Assembly (NCBI GenBank): GCA_034669965.1
Contig: JAXMOK010000001.1
Span: 814,194 to 846,193 of the forward strand
Source of the DNA: Balneolaceae bacterium
Lineage (GTDB): Bacteria > Bacteroidota > Rhodothermia > Balneolales > Balneolaceae
Direction: 5' to 3'
Length of the DNA: 32,000 bases
In this document: in pieces, positions 23,965 through 32,000 of the stretch
Layout: every line of letters begins with the position of its first letter
Numbering within the stretch: the first letter of the stretch is position 1
Notes under the pieces: generated by a model
The model's input: only the letters and a program-made list of their open reading frames with translations
Database searches by the model: none
Told to the model about the DNA's origin: nothing
Translations under genes and position numbers: made by a program

Positions 23965-24846
23965 TTAACTTTCTTTAAGTTCTAACTTAACTACAGATTT
24001 TACCGTTTTTATATAACCTGAAGTCTCATCTTTAACCGGTTTGAATGATTGAAGCATATCAATGTATCCACCGGCAGAAGTTCTATATCTACAGAGCTGC
24101 GCAGATTGTTCACCGTTAAAAGCTTTATTTAGCGCTTCTATAATATTGTTGTAATCATCAGAGTGAATTACAGATGCCAATCCTTTGTCGAATATCTCAT
24201 CTTTATTCAGACCTGTTATTTCTTCAAAAGTTTCGGTAACTAATTTACAATTAAAATCATCTTGAGGAGTCGGCTTCACAAACTTGATCGTGAATTCTTC
24301 TCTTCGTTTCAACAATTCATCAAAATCGGTATTAAAAATTGCTTTAGCGGTTTCTTTCTTTTCAGTTACATCACGTTGATACGAAACCCAATGCGTCACT
24401 TCACCTTCTGCGTTAATTAATGGATGGATATCCCATTGATTGATAAATTCAGATCCATCTTTTCTATAATTGATGGTGTGCCCGAAGAAAGCTTGCCCTT
24501 CAATAAGCCTACGCTTCAGCCTATCGAGAATTGCGCGATCGGTTTTTTCACCTTGCAGCATTCTAGGGGTATTACCTATAGCTTCTTCTTTTGAGTATCC
24601 CGTCATTCGTGTAAAACCGTCGTTCACATATACAATTTTTGGACCGGGCTTTTCCAAGCTTAATTCTGTTATTAGAATAGAATCATAGTCGTTACGAATA
24701 GCACTTTCGAGTAATTCAACATGCTCATTCGCTTGAACATATTTATTATAAAGATCGCCAAATAGCTGTTCTAGTTGCTTAAAAGCCTCTGCATCTTTAG
24801 CATTTGCTTTAAGATGTTCTAGAATTTGTTGTTGTTCATTACTCAT
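23965..24846 (-). CDS. Stand-alone double-PAS protein. The first PAS is LOV-like but lacks the photoactive cysteine.
   Basis: 293 aa. IVYVNDGFTRMTGYSKEEAIGNTPRMLQGEKTD...INYRKDGSEFINQWDIHPL...WVSYQRDVT aligns with the LOV consensus (GRNCRFLQGxxTD...INYxKxGxxFWN...GVQxDVT). A second PAS-like domain occupies aa ~185-290. There is no output domain. Confidence 0.75.
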   Translation of the reverse strand: MSNEQQQILEHLKANAKDAEAFKQLEQLFGDLYNKYVQANEHVELLESAIRNDYDSILITELSLEKPGPKIVYVNDGFTRMTGYSKEEAIGNTPRMLQGEKTDRAILDRLKRRLIEGQAFFGHTINYRKDGSEFINQWDIHPLINAEGEVTHWVSYQRDVTEKKETAKAIFNTDFDELLKRREEFTIKFVKPTPQDDFNCKLVTETFEEITGLNKDEIFDKGLASVIHSDDYNNIIEALNKAFNGEQSAQLCRYRTSAGGYIDMLQSFKPVKDETSGYIKTVKSVVKLELKES

Positions 24847-24968
24847 TCTTTGTCACTGTTTTTTTGCTTTACTCGCCTAAAATATTTGTTGTCTATCGTA
24901 CTTAAACTTCGCCAAAGTACTTATCATTCCCGTAAATACTCAACATTTTAAAAAAAAACCTCAGATAT

Positions 24969-25709
24969 ATGCGCCAGCATATTTTACTTATAGCTCTAAT
25001 GGCTTATTTAATATCAAGCTGTTCAATTTTTAAAAAAACTATCGAAACATACAGCCCTGTAATGGTTGAGATTGAAGGAGGTGAATTCCTATTTGGCGAT
25101 TTTTATGAATTATCGAACTCCGATGCTCTTCCTCTCCATCAAGTAAATGTAAAACCATTTATGATTGGCAAATTTGAAATCACTTTTGAGCAGTACGATG
25201 ATTTTGCTTTGAAATCCGGTCGCGATCTGCCCGATGATGGTGCTTACGGTAGAGGTAAACGTGCGGTAGTAGACATCACTTGGGATGAGGCCTTGGCATT
25301 TTGCAAAAGTTTAGGATACCGTCTACCATCAGAAGTTGAGTGGGAATATGCTGCCCGATCGGGTGGAAAAAACCACGTTATTTCCGGAACAGATAGTTTA
25401 TCGCACCTCAAAAATTATGCAAATGTTCGAAGTTCAGGAATAAACTTTAGTTTTATGGTCGGATCTAAGAAGCCCAATGAATTAGGACTTTACGATATGA
25501 GCGGCAATGTTTTTGAGTGGATCGATGAGTTTTATCAGTTTTACAGCCTACCCGATCAAAAACACGACAATGACGCTGATGCTATTCGAATTATTCGTGG
25601 CGGCAGTTTTGGAGAAGAGGAAATGGCAACACGCACGTATTGGAGAGTGGGCACTTTACGTGATGTAAAAGCAACCGATATTGGCTTTCGGTGCGCTAAA
25701 AGTTTGTGA
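24969..25709 (+). CDS. Formylglycine-generating-enzyme (SUMF1/FGE-sulfatase) domain lipoprotein
   Basis: 246 aa. Lipoprotein signal LIALMAYLISSCS. FGE-family motifs: MVEIEGGEFLFGD, FMIGKFEITFEQY, WDEALAFCKSLGYRLPSEVEWEYAARSG, YDMSGNVFEW, RIIRGGSF, IGFRCAKS. Confidence 0.8.
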   Translation: MRQHILLIALMAYLISSCSIFKKTIETYSPVMVEIEGGEFLFGDFYELSNSDALPLHQVNVKPFMIGKFEITFEQYDDFALKSGRDLPDDGAYGRGKRAVVDITWDEALAFCKSLGYRLPSEVEWEYAARSGGKNHVISGTDSLSHLKNYANVRSSGINFSFMVGSKKPNELGLYDMSGNVFEWIDEFYQFYSLPDQKHDNDADAIRIIRGGSFGEEEMATRTYWRVGTLRDVKATDIGFRCAKSL

Positions 25710-25712
25710 AAT

Positions 25713-25739
25713 AAAAAAGGGGGACCGTAGCCCCCCTTT
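25713..25739. terminator. Bidirectional intrinsic terminator between convergent genes
   Basis: AAAAAAGGGGG-ACCGTAG-CCCCCCTTT: a G5/C5-6 stem flanked by an A-run and a T-run. It lies between the FGE-like gene (stop at 25709) and the acyl-CoA dehydrogenase gene (stop at 25750). Confidence 0.7.
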
Positions 25740-25749
25740 CCTCACTCAC

Positions 25750-26913
25750 TCATCGAAGTAGCAACTTAGCAATGGTGCTTAGTTGCATGTTCGTTGTACC
25801 CTCGTAAATTTTACCGATCTTCGCATCACGGTAAAACTTCTCAACAGGATATTCTTTTACGTAGCCATTGCCGCCGAACATATCGATCGCCATAGATGCT
25901 ACGCGTTCAGCCACTTCCGACGAATAGAACTTCGCCATGGCTGCTTCTTTTAAAAAGGGTTGGCCGGCCATCTTCATGCGGGCCGCATTGTATACTAGTA
26001 AACGAGCAGTTTCGATATCGGTAGCCATTCGGGCTAATTGAAACTGAATGCCTTGAAATTCTGAAATAGCTTTACCAAACTGCTTTCGCTGCTTGATGTA
26101 ATCCAAAGCTGCATCAAAAGCACCTTGAGCAATACCCACCATTTGTGCGCCAATTCCGATACGACCTTCGTTCAAAGTCTCAATAGCTACTTTATAGCCT
26201 TTGCCGTATTCGCCTAGGATATTTTCCTTAGGCACTTTACAATCTTCAAGAAGAATCTCGCAAGTTGAACTCGCTCTGATTCCCATTTTGTCTTCTTTGT
26301 TAGAAACCGAGAATCCTTCGAAATCTCGTTCTACCACGAATGCAGTAATACCTTTGTATCCTAATTCAGGATTCACATTCGCAAATACCAAAAAGATGTC
26401 TGCTTCATTGGCATTAGTGATCCACAATTTAGCACCATTCAACACAAAGTGATCATCTTCTTCTTTAGCTGAACACTTTAAAGCAAATGCATCACTTCCC
26501 GAACCTGCTTCTGATAAGCAATAGGCACCAACTTTTTCGGTAGCTAATTGCGGTAAATACTTTTCTTTCAAAAAGTCGGAGGCGTAATTTACAAAAGCGT
26601 TATTTACTAATGTATTTTGCACATCCATAAAAACGCCTGCAGAAGCATCTACTCGTGAAATCTGCTCGATAGCTACCACACTCATCATAAAGGTGCCACC
26701 ACCACCTGAGTACTTTTCGGGGATATCAATACCCATAAGTCCCATTTCAAAAAATTCCTTGATCAAACCAGGGTTTAATTTGGCTTGTTCGTCCATTTCG
26801 CTTACTAACGGACCAATTGAACTTTTTGCAAAATCTGCGGCTGCGTCTCTTAGCATTTGCTCATCTTCTGTGAGCTGAGTTAAAGGAGGAATAGCGTTTT
26901 CGACTTGATTCAT
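25750..26913 (-). CDS. Acyl-CoA dehydrogenase (short/branched-chain type)
   Basis: 387 aa. Typical ACAD length and motifs: GAYCLSEAGSGSDA, WITNA, QFGKAISEFQGIQFQLA, and the catalytic-base region YEGTTNMQL near the C-terminus. Confidence 0.85.
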   Translation of the reverse strand: MNQVENAIPPLTQLTEDEQMLRDAAADFAKSSIGPLVSEMDEQAKLNPGLIKEFFEMGLMGIDIPEKYSGGGGTFMMSVVAIEQISRVDASAGVFMDVQNTLVNNAFVNYASDFLKEKYLPQLATEKVGAYCLSEAGSGSDAFALKCSAKEEDDHFVLNGAKLWITNANEADIFLVFANVNPELGYKGITAFVVERDFEGFSVSNKEDKMGIRASSTCEILLEDCKVPKENILGEYGKGYKVAIETLNEGRIGIGAQMVGIAQGAFDAALDYIKQRKQFGKAISEFQGIQFQLARMATDIETARLLVYNAARMKMAGQPFLKEAAMAKFYSSEVAERVASMAIDMFGGNGYVKEYPVEKFYRDAKIGKIYEGTTNMQLSTIAKLLLR

Positions 26914-27040
26914 TACTTAATTAAAGCATTCTCTATTTTAGCGAAGCAAAGATACGATTGTAAGCGCTTTTTTACTATTAAAAAGACGTATTTGTAAAAA
27001 AAATATTTTCTAAAAACCCTAAGTAATTACGCTAAAGAAG

Positions 27041-28006
27041 TTAGCCGATTTCATCAATTAGCCTTCGAGCAGCTTCTGTTGCACTTATTTTTCCACTCAG
27101 CATATGATCTTTGAGATCACTTACCATTTGTTGGGTCGACTCTTGATTCCATATACGGTGCAACACTTCATCTTCAACCAATCGCTTAAACCAATTCAGA
27201 TCTTGTTTATTCCTGTTTTTATCAAACAGTTTGTTAGATGCGAGTTGATCTTTGAAATTATTCACAGCTTCCCAAACATCCGTAATGCCTTCATTCTGGA
27301 GGGCGCTAATGGTTAAAATGGCTACTTCCATCCCTGGATATTTTGGCGCCAGCATGTGAAATGCATTTTTGTATTCCGATTTCGCCATTTCAGCTAATTT
27401 CTTTTGATCTCCATCCGCTTTATTTATCACCATCACATCCGTGATTTCCAAGATGCCGCGCTTAATCCCTTGCAACGAATCTCCGGCTCCGGGCAGCATC
27501 AACACCATAAAACAGTCCACCATCGAAGCAACTTCGAATTCGCTTTGTCCCACACCTACGGTTTCAACTAAAATGATATCATACCCGGCAGCTTCGCATA
27601 GGCGAATCGACTCTCTTGTTTTCTTAGCAACACCACCTAAGGTTCCGGCTGTTGGCGAGGGACGAATAAATGCTTCTTCTTTACCGGATAACAACTCCAT
27701 GCGGGTTTTGTCGCCCAAAATACTTCCGCCGGTAGTTGGACTACTGGGATCAACTGCAAGCACGGCAACTCTATGACCTTCCTCAATTAGTAAATTTCCA
27801 AAAGCTTCTATGAAAGTGCTTTTACCAACGCCCGGCACACCTGAAATACCCAATCGAAGAGTGTCATTTCGTTTAGGCAAAGCGCTTAATAACTCAGCTG
27901 CTTTTTGCTGATCCCCTTCCCGGCTACTTTCGATCAAGGTGATCGCTTTCGCGAGATGTCTTCGCTTCCTATTCGATATGCCTTCGGCCAGCTCGGTTAC
28001 GGTCAT
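27041..28006 (-). CDS. meaB: Methylmalonyl-CoA mutase-associated GTPase MeaB (ArgK family)
   Basis: 321 aa. P-loop [44 protein letters not shown] and the NKAD G4 motif. An ATGA overlap (28003-28006) links it to the mutase gene. Confidence 0.9.
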   Translation of the reverse strand: MTVTELAEGISNRKRRHLAKAITLIESSREGDQQKAAELLSALPKRNDTLRLGISGVPGVGKSTFIEAFGNLLIEEGHRVAVLAVDPSSPTTGGSILGDKTRMELLSGKEEAFIRPSPTAGTLGGVAKKTRESIRLCEAAGYDIILVETVGVGQSEFEVASMVDCFMVLMLPGAGDSLQGIKRGILEITDVMVINKADGDQKKLAEMAKSEYKNAFHMLAPKYPGMEVAILTISALQNEGITDVWEAVNNFKDQLASNKLFDKNRNKQDLNWFKRLVEDEVLHRIWNQESTQQMVSDLKDHMLSGKISATEAARRLIDEIG

Positions 28007-30150
28007 TTTTTCATTGCCCGAATTTCGTCGATTACTTCAGAAGCTGCTTTCGGGATATTAGTGCCGGGACCAAAAATCGCTTTAACACCGGCATTGTACA
28101 AAAACTCATAATCCTGAACTGGAATTACACCACCGGCAACAATCATGATGTCTTCAGCACCTTCTTCTTTCAATAATTTGATGAGCTCAGGAATCAACGT
28201 TTTGTGTCCTGCTGCCAGCGTCGAAACTCCGATCACGTGCACATCATTTTCAATGGCCTGTTTTGCGGCTTCATCTGGTGTTGAAAACAACGGTCCTACA
28301 TCCACATCAAAACCCATATCGGCGAAAGCGGTTGCAACTACTTTTGCTCCACGGTCGTGACCATCCTGCCCCATTTTTACCACTAAAATTCGAGGTCGGC
28401 GCCCTTCTTCTTTAGCAAACGCATCAATTTTCTTCTTTATCTGCTGATAATGCTCATCGTTTTGATACACGCTTTCGTACACTCCCTTTATGGTTTGATT
28501 GTTCGCCTTATGACGACCCCATGCTCGTTCCATTGCGCTCGAGATTTCGCCTACTGTAGCTCTGTTTCGGGTAGCATCCACAGCTAAATCCAGCAAATTA
28601 CCAGTTCCGCTTTTTGCTGCTTCATAAATAGCCTCGAGTGATTCTTTTACAGCAACGGTATCTCTCGAACTTTTAATTTGTTCGATTAAAGCCAGCTGTT
28701 TATTTCGAACCTCGGTGTTGTCGATGTCCAGAATTTCTACCGGATCTTCTTTGTCGTTGATGTATTTGTTAACGCCTACTATGGTTACATCTCCTTTATC
28801 GATTCCGGCTTGCTTGATGGCTGCAGCTTCTTCTATCTTCCGCTTCGGATAGCCTTGCTCAATCGCTTTGGCCATTCCGCCCATTTCAAACACTTCGTTA
28901 ATAATCTCCCGGGCTTTTTCCTTTAAATCGTGCGTCATCGACTCTATGGCATACGACCCACCCAGCGGATCAACGGTGTGTGTGATGTCGGTTTCTTCCT
29001 GAATGATTGTTTGTGTGTTTCTGGCGATGCGGGAAGAGGTCTCTGTCGGCAAACTGATCGCTTCATCGTAACTATTGGTATGCAATGATTGCGTTCCACC
29101 TAACACGGCTGCCATGCCTTCGATGGTAGTCCGAATCACATTATTCAACGGATCCTGAGCAGTCAACGACCATCCCGATGTTTGGCAATGCGTGCGTAAC
29201 ATCATTGATTTCTGATTCTTTGGATCAAAATGCTCTTTCATCAATTCTGCCCAAAGCATTCGCGCTGCGCGAAGTTTACTTACTTCCATCAAAAAGTTCA
29301 TTCCAATGGCAAAGAAAAACGATAATCGTGGAGCAAAAGCATCCACATCCAGTCCGCGATCCACTGCAGCTTTTACATACTCCAATCCATCCGCCAAAGT
29401 AAACGCTAATTCCAGCGCAGAATCGGCACCGGCTTCCTGCATGTGATAACCTGAGATCGAAATGGTGTTGAAGCGAGGCATGTGCTTGCTGGCATATTCA
29501 ATAATATCCGACACCAATCGCATAGATTCTTGCGGTGGATAGATGTACGTATTTCGCACCATGAATTCTTTCAAAATATCATTTTGGATGGTGCCACTCA
29601 GCGCTTCTTTGCCAACGCCTTGTTCTTCGGCTGCAACGATATACGCCGCTAAGATTGGTATCACCGCTCCGTTCATGGTCATCGAAACCGACATTTTATC
29701 GAGTGGAATTCCATCGAACAAAATTTTCATATCCTCCACCGAATCGATAGCTACACCTGCTTTACCCACATCGCCAACCACACGCGGATGATCGGAATCA
29801 AAACCTCGGTGTGTTGCTAAATCGAAAGCAACGCTAAGCCCTTTTTGCCCTTTTTCGAGCGCTGCACGGTAAAAACGATTGGACTCTTCTGCCGTAGAAA
29901 ACCCGGCGTATTGTCGGATGGTCCACGGCCGCTGGGTGTACATGGTTGGGTAGGGCCCTCGTTTAAATGGAAACTGTCCCGGATATCCATCTTCTACTTT
30001 TCTTTTTTCTAGATCTTCCTGACTGTAAAGCGCTTGAATATTTATTCCTTCCGGACTTATTCTGTCTAATGAATCAACAGATTTTCCTTTTAGCGCTTTC
30101 TCGGCTGATGCTTCCCACTTCGATTTAGCTTCGTTATTCTCGTTCGACAT
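28003..30150 (-). CDS. scpA: Methylmalonyl-CoA mutase, large (catalytic, B12-binding) subunit
   Basis: 715 aa. N-terminal (beta/alpha)8 substrate domain motifs ([33 protein letters not shown]). C-terminal cobalamin-binding domain with [11 protein letters not shown] and GVSTLAAGH. Confidence 0.92.
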   Translation of the reverse strand: MSNENNEAKSKWEASAEKALKGKSVDSLDRISPEGINIQALYSQEDLEKRKVEDGYPGQFPFKRGPYPTMYTQRPWTIRQYAGFSTAEESNRFYRAALEKGQKGLSVAFDLATHRGFDSDHPRVVGDVGKAGVAIDSVEDMKILFDGIPLDKMSVSMTMNGAVIPILAAYIVAAEEQGVGKEALSGTIQNDILKEFMVRNTYIYPPQESMRLVSDIIEYASKHMPRFNTISISGYHMQEAGADSALELAFTLADGLEYVKAAVDRGLDVDAFAPRLSFFFAIGMNFLMEVSKLRAARMLWAELMKEHFDPKNQKSMMLRTHCQTSGWSLTAQDPLNNVIRTTIEGMAAVLGGTQSLHTNSYDEAISLPTETSSRIARNTQTIIQEETDITHTVDPLGGSYAIESMTHDLKEKAREIINEVFEMGGMAKAIEQGYPKRKIEEAAAIKQAGIDKGDVTIVGVNKYINDKEDPVEILDIDNTEVRNKQLALIEQIKSSRDTVAVKESLEAIYEAAKSGTGNLLDLAVDATRNRATVGEISSAMERAWGRHKANNQTIKGVYESVYQNDEHYQQIKKKIDAFAKEEGRRPRILVVKMGQDGHDRGAKVVATAFADMGFDVDVGPLFSTPDEAAKQAIENDVHVIGVSTLAAGHKTLIPELIKLLKEEGAEDIMIVAGGVIPVQDYEFLYNAGVKAIFGPGTNIPKAASEVIDEIRAMKK

Positions 30151-30250
30151 AGGTTTGATTTTCTTTCATGGAAACGATTTTCTGCCCCGAATGTACGGGT
30201 TTTAAGGAAATCAAATAAGAACAAGAATGTGAAAATGAAGTGAAGGGGAA

Positions 30251-30347
30251 AATTAGGAATTTGAGAATATCGAATTAGGAATAATGTTAGCTGTTTCATC
30301 TCTTTGAACAACTACTCTTTATTGAATATTCCTAATTCATAATTAGG
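30251..30347. repeat. Intergenic AATTAGGAAT motif cluster (two direct copies, one inverted, one partial)
   Basis: AATTAGGAAT occurs at 30251-30260 and 30273-30282. The inverted copy ATTCCTAATT is at 30328-30337, and a partial AATTAGG is at 30341-30347. GAATTAGGAATA (30272-30283) and TATTCCTAATTC (30327-30338) form a perfect 12-bp inverted repeat 43 nt apart. Confidence 0.6.
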
Positions 30348-30349
30348 TT

Positions 30350-31165
30350 CTACTTCAAATTCATCTCGGTTTGGGAAGCACTAAAACCCATCTCTTCTTC
30401 GAATTTTTCGGTCCCGAAGGTTTCTTCCATCTCAGCTCGAAGTTTTTGAATGGAAAGCCCGGAAGTGAGTGAGCCATTTCTGGAAATTGAGATTCTACCT
30501 GATTCTTCGGAAACCACCAAAACAAATACATTATTAGTTTCACTTACTCCTACTGCTGCGCGATGCCGAGTTCCAAAGGATTGAGAAATATTCGGATTTT
30601 GAGAGATTGGCAAATATGCACTAGCTGCAATTATTCGGTTATTGCGGATGATTACCGCACCGTCATGAAGCGGCGTATCTTTTTGAAAAATAGTAAGTAA
30701 CATCTCGCTGGTTATTTTCGCATCAATGCTAACCCCTCCATCGATAATATCCTGTAAACCACCTGTTCGAACGAAAACAATCAATGCCCCTACTTTCTCT
30801 TTCGACATCACTTTTACTGCCTCGATAATTTCATCGATCATATCATCGGAGCTGGAACGAGCAAAAAAACGATCCAGATTGGTGTTCTGACCCAATCGAT
30901 AGAGTAGTTTTCGAATTTCCGGTTGAAAAATGATAAAAACGGCGAGAATACCTACATCCAGAATTCCAGATAGAATAAAATCGATGGTATCGAAACCCAA
31001 AACTCGTATTCCGAGATTTATCACCACTAGTAGAATTATTCCGATCCCGGCTTGAATGGCAAATGTCCCCCTGATCCATTGATACAGATATACCAACACA
31101 CCTGCGATTAGCAGGGTTTCGATAAAATCCATAAGTCCGAAATCAAGAAATCCGATGGGAATCAA
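30350..31165 (-). CDS. cdaA: Diadenylate cyclase CdaA (membrane-anchored DAC domain)
   Basis: 271 aa. Three N-terminal TM helices. DAC-domain motifs GALIVF, TPLHDGAVII, GTRHRAAVGVSE, VVSEESGRISI. The start codon at 31165 is TTG, and the N-terminal IGFLDFG..DF.E matches the usual CdaA N-terminus. Confidence 0.88.
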   Translation of the reverse strand: MIPIGFLDFGLMDFIETLLIAGVLVYLYQWIRGTFAIQAGIGIILLVVINLGIRVLGFDTIDFILSGILDVGILAVFIIFQPEIRKLLYRLGQNTNLDRFFARSSSDDMIDEIIEAVKVMSKEKVGALIVFVRTGGLQDIIDGGVSIDAKITSEMLLTIFQKDTPLHDGAVIIRNNRIIAASAYLPISQNPNISQSFGTRHRAAVGVSETNNVFVLVVSEESGRISISRNGSLTSGLSIQKLRAEMEETFGTEKFEEEMGFSASQTEMNLK

Positions 31166-31177
31166 AAGAGCAACCGT

Positions 31178-32000
31178 TTAACTGTGTGATATAATTGCGT
31201 TGAATATACGAATAGAATCGCTTGCTTCCTTTACATCATGAACACGCAATATTTTTGCGCCTCTCATTAACGAATGATAATGCACAGCAATGGTGCCGGT
31301 AAGTCGTTCGTCGGTTGGTCGACCGTCTAGAATCTGCCCGATCATTGATTTGCGTGAAGCTCCAACTAATACAGGGAACGCTTTTTTGGTGAAAGTATCA
31401 AGCTGCGCAATGATTTTTGTGTTATGCTCGAGTTTTTTTCCAAAGCCAATCCCGGGATCGAGTACAATTTGATCTACTCCTGCTTCTTTTAACACATCGA
31501 TTTTCTGATTAAAAAACCGATCTATCTCACTTACAACATCAGAATACTTGGGGTTCTCTTGCATGGTTTGAGGATCACCTTGGCTGTGCATCAACACATA
31601 CACTGCATTATATTGAGCGCACAACTGTGCAAAACGCGGTTCTTTTTCCAAGCCACTTACATCGTTAACGATTTGCGCTCCACAATCGAGCGCTTTACGG
31701 GCCACTTCGTATTTTGTGGTATCAATAGAGAAGTAAGTAGCCGGAAATTCTTTGATTGCCTGCTGCAGCACCGGAATAACTCGTTTCAGCTCTTCGGCTT
31801 CGCTCACTGGTTCGGCATAAGGGCGAGTAGATTCCCCGCCGACATCAATAATAGATGCACCGTATGCCACCATTTGCTCAATCTGTCGAAGAGCGGCATC
31901 TACAGAAACAAACTGCCCGCCATCGCTAAATGAATCTGGAGTCACGTTTAAAATCCCCATAATTATTGGGGAGCCTGAGAATAAAAGAGATTGTTGCTTA
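31178..32000 (-). CDS. folP: Dihydropteroate synthase. The 5' end probably lies beyond the right edge.
   Basis: MGILNVTPDSFSDGG, DVGGESTRP, NDVSG and GIGFGK are pterin-binding DHPS signatures. The reading frame stays open upstream of the ATG at 31960 (…KQQSLLFSGSPII-MGILN) to position 32000. DHPS proteins normally have ~10-20 aa before this motif. Confidence 0.88.
   Translation of the reverse strand, partial: KQQSLLFSGSPIIMGILNVTPDSFSDGGQFVSVDAALRQIEQMVAYGASIIDVGGESTRPYAEPVSEAEELKRVIPVLQQAIKEFPATYFSIDTTKYEVARKALDCGAQIVNDVSGLEKEPRFAQLCAQYNAVYVLMHSQGDPQTMQENPKYSDVVSEIDRFFNQKIDVLKEAGVDQIVLDPGIGFGKKLEHNTKIIAQLDTFTKKAFPVLVGASRKSMIGQILDGRPTDERLTGTIAVHYHSLMRGAKILRVHDVKEASDSIRIFNAIISHS

Noticed and set aside
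30090-30311. A 73-aa minus-strand ORF upstream of and overlapping the methylmalonyl-CoA mutase start.
   Set aside because: It is out of frame with the mutase, lies mostly in the AT-rich intergenic repeat region, and has an implausible Phe/Leu/Lys-rich product.
30151-30349. A possible cobalamin riboswitch in the leader of the B12-dependent mutase operon.
   Set aside because: I could not find the conserved B12-box or the multi-stem architecture. The region is AT-rich with only the AATTAGGAAT repeats. A covariance-model scan would be needed to exclude a riboswitch formally.
1-32000. A scan for CRISPR arrays, tRNA/rRNA genes, IS elements, transposases or integrases, and phage genes.
   Set aside because: By eye I found no regularly spaced direct repeats, no cloverleaf-like intergenic sequences, and no ORF with transposase, integrase or phage motifs. 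The intergenic regions are short: the longest are ~320 nt at 10882-11204 and ~200 nt at 30151-30349.

Overview
About 90% of this window is coding, and 28 of the 30 CDS are on the minus strand. GC is roughly 40% by eye. The gene content looks like a Bacteroidota, Balneolota or Rhodothermota type bacterium: a SusC-type TonB-dependent receptor, a GH109-like enzyme and folP-cdaA adjacency. Several genes nevertheless carry clear AGGAGG-type ribosome-binding sites. I found no rRNA, tRNA, CRISPR array, transposase or integrase.

Layout from left to right:
- 1-1517: 5' part of a secreted BNR/Asp-box propeller gene, missing from the ORF track because it runs off the window edge.
- 1.6-5.0 kb: a YfcC-family transporter, a lipoprotein and a TIGR02206-type membrane protein.
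- 5.0-10.1 kb: an operon of Na+/solute symporter, GH109-like oxidoreductase/glycosidase, sugar-1-P nucleotidyltransferase and NahK-like HexNAc 1-kinase. I read this as an N-acetylhexosamine scavenging and activation route.
- 10.9-19.3 kb: the stand-out locus, described below.
- 19.5-21.1 kb: a YciI/DGPF protein translationally coupled to an ECF42-type sigma factor.
- 21.2-25.7 kb: a GNAT, a hybrid histidine kinase, SufE, a cysteine-less LOV-like double-PAS protein and an FGE/SUMF1-like lipoprotein.
- 25.7-32.0 kb: housekeeping genes: acyl-CoA dehydrogenase, MeaB, methylmalonyl-CoA mutase, CdaA and FolP (partial, runs off the right edge).

The stand-out locus is a tightly coupled minus-strand operon. 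It encodes a 648-aa bitopic membrane protein whose cytoplasmic half is a full FliG-like domain and whose periplasmic part looks FliF/RBM-like. Downstream come an outer-membrane beta-barrel protein with a periplasmic N-domain, a TPR lipoprotein, MotA, MotB with an OmpA-like peptidoglycan-binding domain, a SusC-like TonB-dependent-receptor homologue, and a 52-aa small ORF followed by an intrinsic terminator. No other flagellar genes are present in the window. I interpret this as a candidate non-flagellar, envelope-spanning stator/rotor machine. All homology statements come from reading motifs by eye and from remembered family signatures. None has been checked by profile search.
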